Shown in pieces: positions 1 to 8,285 of a stretch of 32,000 nucleotides of DNA. Both the position numbers and the translations under genes were made by a program. This stretch comes from Sinorhizobium meliloti. GTDB taxonomy: Bacteria; Pseudomonadota; Alphaproteobacteria; Rhizobiales; Rhizobiaceae. The stretch spans positions 1,440,001 through 1,472,000 of the forward strand of contig NZ_JAGIOS010000001.1 of assembly GCF_017876815.1 (NCBI RefSeq), written 5' to 3'. Position 1 is the stretch's first letter, and each line of letters opens with the position of its first letter. The notes below the pieces were generated by a model. The model searched no databases and was not told the origin of the DNA. It saw nothing but the letters and a program-made list of their open reading frames with translations.

Positions 1-1506
1 GAGCGCGCTGGTCGCCTCGTCGAGCACCAGGATCGGCGCATTCTTCAGGATCGCGCGGGCAATCGCGACGCGCTGGCGTTCGCCGCCCGACAGGCGGTTG
101 CCGCGTTCGCCGACGACCGTGTCGTAGCCGTTGAGGCGGTCCTCGATGAAGTCGCTCGCGGCGGCGGCCTCGGCGGCGGCCATCACCTCGTCCAGAGAGG
201 CGTCCTCACGGCCGAGGCGGATATTTTCGCCGATCGAGCGGTTCATGAGGCCGGCATCCTGGAAGACCGTGGCGATCGACCGGCGCAGCGACTTGCGGGT
301 GACGGTCGCGATGTCCACGCCGTCGATAAGGATCTGGCCGTGTTTCGGCTCGTGGACCCGCTGCAGGAGGTTGACGAGCGTGGTCTTCCCGGCACCGGTC
401 GGGCCGACGATGGCGATCGTCTGGCCGGCCTTCGCCTTGAACGAGACGTTGCGTACGCCCTGGGCCGAGTTTGCGAAGTCGAAGGAAATGTCCCTGAATT
501 CGACCTCGCCGACGACACCTTTCAGTTCCCCGGCATCGGCCGGTTCCTCGCGGTCCTGCACGGAATCCTCGAGCTGGAAGAAGTCTTCGAGCTTGGCGCG
601 GGCTTCGAAGATTTGGGTGGCGAAGGCCTTCATCTGGTCGAGGCGGCCGATCAGCAGATTGGCGAAGCCGATGAAAGCGATCACTTCGCCGACGCCGAGC
701 TCGCCGCGCTGCACCAGCACGGTGCCGATGACGAGGATCGCCATCATCGAGATCGTCGATGCGATGCGGTTGAGGCCGCTCGCCAAAGCCCACCAGTCGA
801 GCACCGGATATTGGGCCGACAGCAGGCGCTGCGTGAACTTCTTCAGTTCGCGCGTTTCAGCCTCGATCCGATTGTAGCTGTGAACCACCGAAACATTGCT
901 GATCGAGTCGGACACGTGCGAGAAGACCGTGTGGTAATGGCCCTCGACGGCAGCCTGGCCCTCCTTCGTGCGGCTCATCACGACCTTGCTGATCATCACA
1001 TAGGCCGCACCGAGCACCACGAGGATGAGCGACAGGCGGACGTCCATAGCAAAGGCGGTCGGAATCAGAAGCATGAGCGCCACCGCCGTCGCCAGATGCT
1101 GCCGCATGAATTCGAGCCAGAGGCCGAAGAGCGTCTCGCAGGCGCGCAGCAGCGTATGCAGCGCATTGGAGGTACCGCGCTGGCTGTGCCATGAGAGAGG
1201 CATCGAGACGATCCGGCCGAAGGCTTCGGTCAGGAGCGAAGCGCGGCGACCATGCGCGAGACGGTCCGCCTCGCGGGAGACGAGCACGAAGGCGATCGTA
1301 TTGAAGACGCCGAAGCCCGCCCACAGGAGCAGCATCGGCGCGACGTCCTTCTGTGACGAGATCGCGTCGATGATTCGGCCGAACAGAATCGGCTCCGCAA
1401 TGGTGATGGCAGCCAGGACGATATTGGCTATGACGATCGCCCCGACGCGAAACTTGTGGACAGCAAGATACTGAAGCGCTCTTGCATACACCTGAAACAA
1501 GGACAC
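1..1506 (-). CDS. ndvA: Cyclic beta-1,2-glucan export ABC transporter, fused permease/ATPase (NdvA/ChvA type); the 3' end runs off the window
   Basis: Absent from the ORF track because no stop codon lies inside the window. My reverse-strand translation starts at GTG 1506, with GGGGTGAG just upstream. It reads MSLFQVYARALQYLAVHKF..., then a multi-TM exporter domain, then GPTGAGKTT (Walker A) and LSGGERQRVAIARAILKNAPILVLDEATSAL (ABC signature plus Walker B), ending in frame at nt 1. It closely resembles rhizobial NdvA/ChvA as I recall it. Confidence 0.9.
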   Translation of the reverse strand, partial: MSLFQVYARALQYLAVHKFRVGAIVIANIVLAAITIAEPILFGRIIDAISSQKDVAPMLLLWAGFGVFNTIAFVLVSREADRLAHGRRASLLTEAFGRIVSMPLSWHSQRGTSNALHTLLRACETLFGLWLEFMRQHLATAVALMLLIPTAFAMDVRLSLILVVLGAAYVMISKVVMSRTKEGQAAVEGHYHTVFSHVSDSISNVSVVHSYNRIEAETRELKKFTQRLLSAQYPVLDWWALASGLNRIASTISMMAILVIGTVLVQRGELGVGEVIAFIGFANLLIGRLDQMKAFATQIFEARAKLEDFFQLEDSVQDREEPADAGELKGVVGEVEFRDISFDFANSAQGVRNVSFKAKAGQTIAIVGPTGAGKTTLVNLLQRVHEPKHGQILIDGVDIATVTRKSLRRSIATVFQDAGLMNRSIGENIRLGREDASLDEVMAAAEAAAASDFIEDRLNGYDTVVGERGNRLSGGERQRVAIARAILKNAPILVLDEATSAL

Positions 1507-1885
1507 TGTCTCACCCCTTTCGGGTATCGGAATTGGCGCCGCAACGGCACGATGCGGCAATGCGTTGCGTCTTGAACCGACGGCAAGGATGATCTTCATC
1601 CACCTTGCGTGCCGGCAAAGCCGCGGGTGACGGCCTTTGCGTTCTTCCCAAAAAACGCGGTAGACGGGGCGGATCAGCGAGAAGGATCATCCGATACCAT
1701 GGGAGGGTTGGCGGGATGATTCATCGTTAGCTATCTTGATGCCTCGACTCCGAGTTTTTGCAGGTTTCCTGCAAGACCGGGCGTGATATGAAGAATTATC
1801 GCGGTTGCAACATGAATGGCTTCTGAACGGCGTATTCACATGGCCTGGCGGGTTGCGCGGCGCGTTTTTGATTTGAGGATGCTCT

Positions 1886-2615
1886 ATGAATATTACGTTG
1901 CTCGTACAGTTTCTGGCGCTACTGGAAGAGATGAAGACGCGCGAGGAGATCCTGCCCGAGTTCGAGCGCCTGCTCGACCGCTGCGGTTTCGACTTCTACG
2001 GCATCGTGCGTCAGCCGAAACCGCATGAGAATCCGCTGAGACTTCTTCTGGCCGGAGGGCTGGCCGCAAATCTACATCCGCAAGAAATACGTCGTTATCG
2101 ATCCGACCATTCGCTTCCTCGGGCATGCCCAGCGCGGCTTCCGCTGGCGCGACACGCTCGTGGCATTCCGCTCGGACCCGCACCGCAAGCGCATGGAAAG
2201 CATGATGGTCGAGGCGCGCAATCATGGCCTCTTCGACGGCTATATCTTTCCGGTCCACGGCCGGCGCGGGCTCATGGGCAACCTGACCGTCGGCGGCCGG
2301 GTGGTCGATCTGAGCCCGGTGGAGTTGAGCCTTTTCGACGCCATTGCCAAGCGGCTGTTCTGGAAGCTGCTCGAACTCACCGATCCGGAGATCATGGCGG
2401 AACTTGTCTCCCGCGTCGAAGTCCAGATGACGCGGCGCGAAATGGAGGCGCTCCACTATCTCGCCGACGGAATGACCTCGAACGACATCGGCAAGGTCCT
2501 CGACATTTCCAGCCACACGGTCGACTGGTACATGAACGGCATCCAGGAAAAGTTGAAGGCGAAGAACCGCCATCACGTCGTGGCGATCGCCTTCCGCCTG
2601 GGACTGATCTCCTGA
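1886..2615 (+). pseudogene. expR: LuxR-family autoinducer-binding regulator (ExpR-like), disrupted by a frameshift near 2037-2066
   Basis: ATG 1886 follows a GAGGA SD. Its frame gives a plausible N-terminus (MNITLLVQFLALLEEMKTREEILPEFERLLDRCGFDFYGIVRQPKPHENPL...) and then degenerates into Arg/Pro-rich nonsense. The +1 frame opens after TGA 2037-2039. It reads DFFWPEGWPQIYIRKKYVVIDPTIRFLGHAQRGFRWRD...GYIFPVHGRRG... (AHL-binding domain) and ends with a LuxR HTH (TRREMEALHYLADGMTSNDIGKVLDISSHTVDWYMNGIQEKLKAKNRHHVV), stop at 2613-2615. The span is 730 nt, not a multiple of 3. Its position between ndvA and pyc matches the expR locus of S. meliloti as I recall it. Confidence 0.75.
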
Positions 2616-2677
2616 CGGCACAAGCCGAAGTGCAGCGCCTCGACCGGATTCGAAAGGGGTCGCGCTCCCTCCCCTTC

Positions 2678-2842
2678 ATTCCTGTGCCCGTCACAGGAAT
2701 CCGGCCAGCCCAAGTCCTGTAGAAGTTAGAGCGGGATGCGGGCGGAAAACCGCACACACTTTTCCTCATCCCGCTCTAGGCTGACAGGACGTCTTCCCCG
2801 CCGCAGACGCGGCGGTGCTGGCTCCCTGTGACAAGCACAGGG
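2678..2842. repeat. Cluster of REP/RIME-like palindromes in the expR-pyc spacer
   Basis: Four palindromes are visible. ATTCCTGTG-cccgt-CACAGGAAT at 2678-2700. TAGAGCGGGATG...CATCCCGCTCTA at 2727-2778, with an inner GCGG-aaaa-CCGC. CCGCCGC-agac-GCGGCGG at about 2798-2815. CCCTGTG-acaag-CACAGGG at 2824-2842. Confidence 0.6.
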
Positions 2843-3006
2843 TCAGGGAGGTTCCGAATGTTCACGCCACTCTCGTGCACCGTGCTCCTGACCGAATGGG
2901 TCAGCGTTCATGTCGCATCTGAAATTGCGCTTCATTCCTTGACTCGCTAATAGTTCTTTTCGCGGGTGCAGCATTCCCGCGTGTCCAAGTCTATGAGGAG
3001 TCCGAC

Positions 3007-6000
3007 TTGTCCATTTCCAAGATCCTTGTTGCCAACCGTTCCGAAATCGCCATCCGCGTCTTCCGCGCGGCCAATGAGCTGGGGCTTAAAACGGTCGCGA
3101 TATGGGCTGAGGAGGATAAGCTGGCGCTGCACCGCTTCAAGGCGGACGAGAGTTATCAGGTCGGACGCGGGCCGCACCTTCCCCGCGACCTCGGACCGAT
3201 CGAGAGCTATCTGTCGATCGACGAGGTGATCCGCGTCGCCAAGCTCTCCGGCGCCGACGCCATACATCCGGGCTATGGGCTGCTCTCCGAAAGCCCGGAA
3301 TTCGCCGAGGCCTGTGCCGCAAACGGCATCACCTTCATCGGCCCCAAGCCGGAGACGATGCGCCAGCTCGGCAACAAGGTCGCGGCCCGCAACCTCGCGA
3401 TCTCGATCGGCGTGCCGGTCGTGCCGGCGACCGAGCCTCTGCCGGACGACCCGGAAGAGATCAAGCGACTGGCCGAGGAGATCGGCTATCCGGTGATGCT
3501 GAAGGCCTCCTGGGGCGGCGGCGGCCGCGGCATGCGGGCGATCCGCGACCCCAAGGACCTGATCCGCGAGGTGACCGAGGCCAAGCGCGAGGCCAAGGCC
3601 GCCTTCGGCAAGGACGAGGTCTATCTCGAAAAGCTCGTCGAGCGCGCCCGTCACGTCGAAAGCCAGATCCTCGGCGACACGCACGGCAATGTCGTCCATC
3701 TTTTCGAGCGCGACTGCTCGATCCAGCGTCGCAACCAGAAGGTCGTGGAGCGGGCGCCGGCGCCCTATCTCAATGATGCGCAGCGCCAGGAACTCGCGGA
3801 TTATTCGCTGAAGATCGCCAGGGCGACCAACTATATCGGCGCAGGCACCGTCGAGTATCTGATGGATTCCGATACCGGCAAGTTCTACTTCATCGAGGTC
3901 AATCCGCGCATCCAGGTCGAGCATACGGTCACCGAGGTCGTCACCGGCATCGATATCGTCAAGGCGCAGATCCATATTCTCGACGGCTTCGCCATCGGTG
4001 CGCCGGAATCGGGCGTGCCGCGCCAGGAGGACATCCGCCTCAACGGCCATGCGCTGCAGTGCCGCATCACGACGGAAGACCCGGAGCAGAACTTCATTCC
4101 GGATTATGGCCGCATCACCGCCTATCGCGGCGCCACCGGCTTCGGCATCCGCCTCGACGGCGGCACCGCCTATTCCGGCGCGGTGATCACCCGTTACTAC
4201 GATCCGCTGCTCGAGAAGGTCACCGCCTGGGCGCCGAACCCGGGCGAGGCGATCCAGCGGATGATTCGTGCGCTGCGAGAATTCCGCATCCGCGGCGTGG
4301 CGACCAACCTCACCTTCCTCGAGGCTATCATCAGCCACCCGAAGTTCCACGACAACAGCTATACGACGCGCTTCATCGACACGACGCCGGAATTGTTCCA
4401 GCAGGTCAAGCGCCAGGACCGCGCCACCAAGCTTCTCACCTATCTCGCCGACGTCACCGTCAACGGCCATCCGGAAGTCAAGGGCCGGCCGAAGCCTTCC
4501 GACGATATCGCCGCGCCGGTCGTGCCGTTCACCGGCGGCGATGTGAAGCCCGGCACGAAGCAGCGCCTCGACCAGCTCGGCCCGAAGAAATTCGCCGAAT
4601 GGGTGAAGGCGCAGCCGGAGGTGCTGATCACCGACACGACGATGCGCGACGGCCACCAATCGCTTCTCGCCACGCGCATGCGCACCTACGACATCGCCCG
4701 CATCGCCGGCACCTATGCGCGGGCGCTGCCCAACCTCTTTTCGCTCGAATGCTGGGGGGGCGCGACCTTCGACGTGTCGATGCGCTTCCTGACCGAAGAT
4801 CCGTGGGAGCGGCTGGCGATGGTGCGCGAGGGTGCGCCGAACCTGCTCCTGCAGATGCTTCTGCGCGGCGCCAACGGCGTCGGCTACAAGAACTATCCGG
4901 ATAATGTCGTCAAATATTTCGTCCGCCAGGCCGCGAAGGGAGGCATCGACGTCTTCCGCGTCTTCGACTGCCTGAACTGGGTCGAGAACATGCGCGTGGC
5001 GATGGACGCGGTGGCCGAGGAGGACAGGATCTGTGAGGCGGCGATCTGCTACACCGGAGACATCCTCAATTCCGCCCGGCCGAAATACGACCTGAAATAC
5101 TACACGGCGCTTGCGGCCGAGCTGGAAAAGGCCGGCGCCCACATGATCGCCGTCAAGGACATGGCCGGGCTCCTGAAGCCGGCCGCGGCGCGTGTGCTCT
5201 TCAAGGCGCTCAAGGAAGCGACCGGCCTGCCGATCCATTTTCACACGCACGACACTTCCGGAATTGCGGCGGCGACCGTGCTCGCCGCAGTCGAGTCGGG
5301 CGTCGATGTCGTCGATGCGGCGATGGACGCGCTCTCCGGAAACACCTCTCAGCCCTGCCTCGGCTCGATCGTCGAAGCGCTGTCCGGCTCGGAGCGCGAC
5401 CCGGGTCTCGATCCGGAATGGATCCGCCGCATCTCCTTCTACTGGGAGGCGGTACGCCATCAATATGCGGCCTTCGAAAGCGACCTCAAGGGGCCGGCTT
5501 CGGAAGTCTATCTGCACGAGATGCCGGGCGGCCAGTTCACCAACCTGAAGGAACAGGCCCGCTCGCTCGGCCTCGAGACCCGCTGGCACGAGGTGGCGCA
5601 GGCCTATGCCGACGCCAACCGGATGTTCGGCGATATCGTCAAGGTGACGCCGTCTTCCAAGGTCGTCGGCGACATGGCTCTGATGATGGTCTCCCAGGAT
5701 CTGACGGTCGCCGATGTCGAGAATCCGGGCAAGGACATCGCCTTCCCGGAATCGGTCGTCTCCATGCTCAAGGGCGACCTCGGCCAACCGCCGGGCGGCT
5801 GGCCGGAGGCGCTGCAGAAGAAGGCGCTGAAAGGCGAGGAGCCCTATGACGCGCGTCCGGGCTCGCTGCTCGAAGACGCGGATCTCGACGCCGAGCGCAA
5901 GGGCATCGAGGAGAAGCTCGGCCGCGAAGTGACCGATTTCGAGTTCGCCTCCTACCTCATGTATCCGAAGGTCTTCACCGATTATGCGGTGGCCTGCGAG

Positions 6001-6465
6001 ACCTACGGCCCGGTCAGCGTGCTGCCGACGCCCGCCTATTTCTACGGGATGGCGCCGGGTGAGGAACTCTTCGCCGACATCGAGAAGGGCAAGACGCTCG
6101 TCATCCTCAACCAGGCGCAGGGGGAGATCGACGAGAAGGGCATGGTCAAGATGTTCTTCGAAATGAACGGGCAGCCGCGTTCCATCAAGGTACCCGACCG
6201 CAACCGCGGCGCCTCGGCTGCCGTCCGCCGCAAGGCGGAAGCCGGCAACGCCGCCCATCTCGGCGCGCCGATGCCGGGCGTGATCTCGACCGTTGCGGTG
6301 GCCTCCGGCCAATCGGTCAAGGCCGGAGACGTGCTGCTCTCCATCGAGGCGATGAAGATGGAGACGGCGCTTCACGCCGAGAAGGACGGGGTGATTTCCG
6401 AGGTGCTCGTAAGGGCCGGCGATCAGATCGATGCGAAGGATCTGCTGGTGGTGTTCGGGGGTTAA
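3007..6465 (+). CDS. pyc: Pyruvate carboxylase (biotin carboxylase, carboxyltransferase and biotinyl domains)
   Basis: 1152 aa ORF with TTG start 6 nt after GAGGAG. It reads SISKILVANRSEIAIRVFRAANELG... with the ATP-grasp motif MLKASWGGGGRGMR, the carboxyltransferase motif TTMRDGHQSLLATRMR, and the C-terminal biotinylation motif EAMKMET. It is near-colinear with rhizobial Pyc as I recall it. Confidence 0.97.
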   Translation: MSISKILVANRSEIAIRVFRAANELGLKTVAIWAEEDKLALHRFKADESYQVGRGPHLPRDLGPIESYLSIDEVIRVAKLSGADAIHPGYGLLSESPEFAEACAANGITFIGPKPETMRQLGNKVAARNLAISIGVPVVPATEPLPDDPEEIKRLAEEIGYPVMLKASWGGGGRGMRAIRDPKDLIREVTEAKREAKAAFGKDEVYLEKLVERARHVESQILGDTHGNVVHLFERDCSIQRRNQKVVERAPAPYLNDAQRQELADYSLKIARATNYIGAGTVEYLMDSDTGKFYFIEVNPRIQVEHTVTEVVTGIDIVKAQIHILDGFAIGAPESGVPRQEDIRLNGHALQCRITTEDPEQNFIPDYGRITAYRGATGFGIRLDGGTAYSGAVITRYYDPLLEKVTAWAPNPGEAIQRMIRALREFRIRGVATNLTFLEAIISHPKFHDNSYTTRFIDTTPELFQQVKRQDRATKLLTYLADVTVNGHPEVKGRPKPSDDIAAPVVPFTGGDVKPGTKQRLDQLGPKKFAEWVKAQPEVLITDTTMRDGHQSLLATRMRTYDIARIAGTYARALPNLFSLECWGGATFDVSMRFLTEDPWERLAMVREGAPNLLLQMLLRGANGVGYKNYPDNVVKYFVRQAAKGGIDVFRVFDCLNWVENMRVAMDAVAEEDRICEAAICYTGDILNSARPKYDLKYYTALAAELEKAGAHMIAVKDMAGLLKPAAARVLFKALKEATGLPIHFHTHDTSGIAAATVLAAVESGVDVVDAAMDALSGNTSQPCLGSIVEALSGSERDPGLDPEWIRRISFYWEAVRHQYAAFESDLKGPASEVYLHEMPGGQFTNLKEQARSLGLETRWHEVAQAYADANRMFGDIVKVTPSSKVVGDMALMMVSQDLTVADVENPGKDIAFPESVVSMLKGDLGQPPGGWPEALQKKALKGEEPYDARPGSLLEDADLDAERKGIEEKLGREVTDFEFASYLMYPKVFTDYAVACETYGPVSVLPTPAYFYGMAPGEELFADIEKGKTLVILNQAQGEIDEKGMVKMFFEMNGQPRSIKVPDRNRGASAAVRRKAEAGNAAHLGAPMPGVISTVAVASGQSVKAGDVLLSIEAMKMETALHAEKDGVISEVLVRAGDQIDAKDLLVVFGG

Positions 6466-6479
6466 GCACCGCCCGCCCT

Positions 6480-7241
6480 TCAGATGTCATAGCTCATCGG
6501 CGCACTCAGCGAGGCGATGAACCGCTTGGTCCGCTCGCGCTCCGGTGTCGAGAAGATCTTGCGCGGGGGGCCGCTTTCGACGACGACGCCGCCATCCAGG
6601 AAGACGACGTGATCGGCGACGCGGGAGGCGAGGCGAAGGTCGTGGGTGGCCATGATCATCGTGGTGCCCTCCCGCGCAAGGCGGCTCAGGACCTCCACCA
6701 CTTCTTCCGCCAGTTCCGGATCCAGCGCCGAGGTCGGCTCGTCGCAGAGGAGCACGCGCGGCGAAGGGGCGAGTGCGCGGGCGATCGCGACGCGTTGCTG
6801 CTGGCCGCCGGAAAGCGTGGCCGGCCAGGCATCGGCCTTGTGTGCCATGCCGACCTTCTCCAGCAGCTCGAGCGCCCGGGCGCGCGCCCGGTCGGCCGGC
6901 CATTTGAGAACGGTGACGAGGCCTTCCATCACATTGCCGATCGCCGTCTGGTGCGGGAAAAGCTGGAAGTTCTGGAACACCATTCCGGTCTGGCGGCGCA
7001 GTCTCTGGATCGCCTGCCAGCCGACCTTGCGGCCCTCGGCGAATTCGAGCCGGTCGTCGCCGAGGCGGATTGTCCCGGCCGTCGGGATTTCCAGCAGGTT
7101 GACGCAGCGCAGCAGCGTGCTCTTGCCGCCGCCGGAGGGACCGACGAGCGCAGTCACGCTGCCTTCCGCGAGCGAGACGCTGATGTCGTTCAGCACGGTG
7201 TTGGTGCCGAAGCGCTTGACGATGTGGGAGAGCTCGATCAT
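6480..7241 (-). CDS. Polar amino-acid (cystine-type, YecC/TcyN-like) ABC transporter ATP-binding protein
   Basis: 253 aa with GPSGGGKST (Walker A), LSGGQQQRVAIARAL (signature) and LLCDEPTSALD (Walker B). Its start overlaps the permease stop (ATGA at 7238-7241). Confidence 0.9.
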   Translation of the reverse strand: MIELSHIVKRFGTNTVLNDISVSLAEGSVTALVGPSGGGKSTLLRCVNLLEIPTAGTIRLGDDRLEFAEGRKVGWQAIQRLRRQTGMVFQNFQLFPHQTAIGNVMEGLVTVLKWPADRARARALELLEKVGMAHKADAWPATLSGGQQQRVAIARALAPSPRVLLCDEPTSALDPELAEEVVEVLSRLAREGTTMIMATHDLRLASRVADHVVFLDGGVVVESGPPRKIFSTPERERTKRFIASLSAPMSYDI

Positions 7242-7933
7242 GCGCGCGCCTCCAGAAAGCCGCCATAGCGGGCGAAGCGCTGCTCCAGTTTCCCCTGCAG
7301 CGCCGAAAGAACGGAACTCATGACAAGATAGATCAGGGCAGCCTCGATGTAGAGGATCAAGGGTTCATAGCTGGTGGCGACGATGCGCTGCGCCGTCTGG
7401 AAAAGCTCCGGCACCGTGATCGCAGCGGCGAGCGAGGTGTCCTTGACGAGCGAGATGAAGGTGTTCGACAGCGGCGGAACGGCGACGCGGCCCGCTTGCG
7501 GAAGGATCGTCCGGCGCATCGCCTGGCTCCAGCTCATGCCGATCGAATAGGCCGCTTCCCACTGCCCCCTCGGAACCGACGAGATCACCGCGCGGATGAT
7601 TTCGGAACTGTAGGCGCCAATGTTGAGCGTGAAGCCGATCAGCGCTGCAGGAAAGGCGTCGAGCAGTATGCCCATGCTCGGCAGGCCGTAGAAGATGACG
7701 AAGAGCTGCACGAGCAGCGGCGTGCCGCGGATCACCCACACATAAAACCGGGCCACGGCCGCGAAAGGAGCCGGAGCAAACAGCCGAACAACGGCGGTGA
7801 CGAGGCCGAGAGCCAGGCCGAGGGTGAAGGAGAGGAGCGTCAGCGGGATCGTGAAGATCAGCCCCGCCCAGAGCAGGGCCGGCAACGAGTCCGCCATCAG
7901 TTGAAGCCAGTGGGGCAAGACAGAACCTTTCAA
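7238..7933 (-). CDS. Polar amino-acid ABC transporter permease (YecS/TcyL-like)
   Basis: 231 aa membrane protein carrying the EAA-type loop GQWEAAYSIGMSWSQAMRRTILPQA. The N-terminal region LQLMADSLPALLWAG aligns with E. coli YecS as recalled. The TTG start at 7933 is tentative; no clear SD. Confidence 0.85.
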   Translation of the reverse strand: MKGSVLPHWLQLMADSLPALLWAGLIFTIPLTLLSFTLGLALGLVTAVVRLFAPAPFAAVARFYVWVIRGTPLLVQLFVIFYGLPSMGILLDAFPAALIGFTLNIGAYSSEIIRAVISSVPRGQWEAAYSIGMSWSQAMRRTILPQAGRVAVPPLSNTFISLVKDTSLAAAITVPELFQTAQRIVATSYEPLILYIEAALIYLVMSSVLSALQGKLEQRFARYGGFLEARA

Positions 7934-7940
7934 AACGCGC

Positions 7941-7967
7941 GATCCGTCCCGGATGCCGGGACGGATC
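7941..7967 (-). other. Perfect 12-bp GC-rich stem-loop immediately upstream of the permease start (intercistronic attenuator or mRNA stabiliser candidate)
   Basis: GATCCGTCCCGG-atg-CCGGGACGGATC. On the minus-strand mRNA it is followed by GCGCGUUUUG and then the permease start codon. Confidence 0.4.
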
Positions 7968-8094
7968 GTGATTCATAAGCAGGATGGGGAAAGGTGTGAA
8001 GCCCACATCCGTGCAACTGTTCCGCGGGACTCTCTCCCCGCTTCAGGTCACCCTGGTTGATCCGCCGGCCGCAGGGAATGCGAAGGCACGGATT

Positions 8095-8264
8095 GCCCCT
8101 CTCCTCGGGTTAAACCCGAGGACTAACCCTCTCCCCGCAGGCGGGGAGAGGGTTAGGAGGCCGCGGCGCATCGCGTCTTCCAAAGGCGAGTGAGGTGCGG
8201 GAGGTTGCCGCGTGTCCCTTCGCCCCGCTTGCGGGGAGAAGGTGCCGGCAGGCGGATGAGGGGC
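8095..8264. repeat. REP/BIME-like palindromic elements between the binding-protein and permease genes
   Basis: The element at 8095-8157 (GCCCCTCTCCTCGGGTTAAACCCGAGGACTAACCCTCTCCCCGCAGGCGGGGAGAGGGTTAGG) recurs inverted at 13951-14002. The element at 8216-8264 (CCCTTCGCCCCGCTTGCGGGGAGAAGGTGCCGGCAGGCGGATGAGGGGC) recurs inverted at 13555-13603 and 28148-28196, with a 14-nt fragment at 11381-11394. Confidence 0.8.
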
Positions 8265-8285
8265 CGTTCCGGCATCTTCCACACG

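Noticed and set aside
1816-2028. A 70-aa ORF overlapping the expR start region.
   Set aside because: It is out of frame with the convincing expR N-terminus, Arg-rich, has no SD and shows no family resemblance.
2036-2054. Possible programmed +1 ribosomal frameshift on CUU CUU C UGG, joining the two expR frames.
   Set aside because: The arithmetic fits a +1 shift. However, there is no stop or rare codon in the A site, no upstream SD-like stimulator and no downstream structure that I can see. The zero frame stays open for ~670 more nt. A mutational indel within the CTGGCCG direct repeat is the simpler explanation.
2947-6375. A 1142-aa minus-strand ORF mirroring pyc. Similar long antisense or out-of-frame ORFs occur at 131..877, 340..1194, 11414..12772 (-), 18723..19949 (-), 21509..22951 (-), 23129..24568 (-) and 28280..30067 (+), among others.
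   Set aside because: These are typical stop-codon-poor shadow frames of high-GC genes. Their translations are Arg/Ala/Gly/Pro-rich with no recognisable motifs, and in each case the opposite or alternative frame encodes a clearly recognisable protein.
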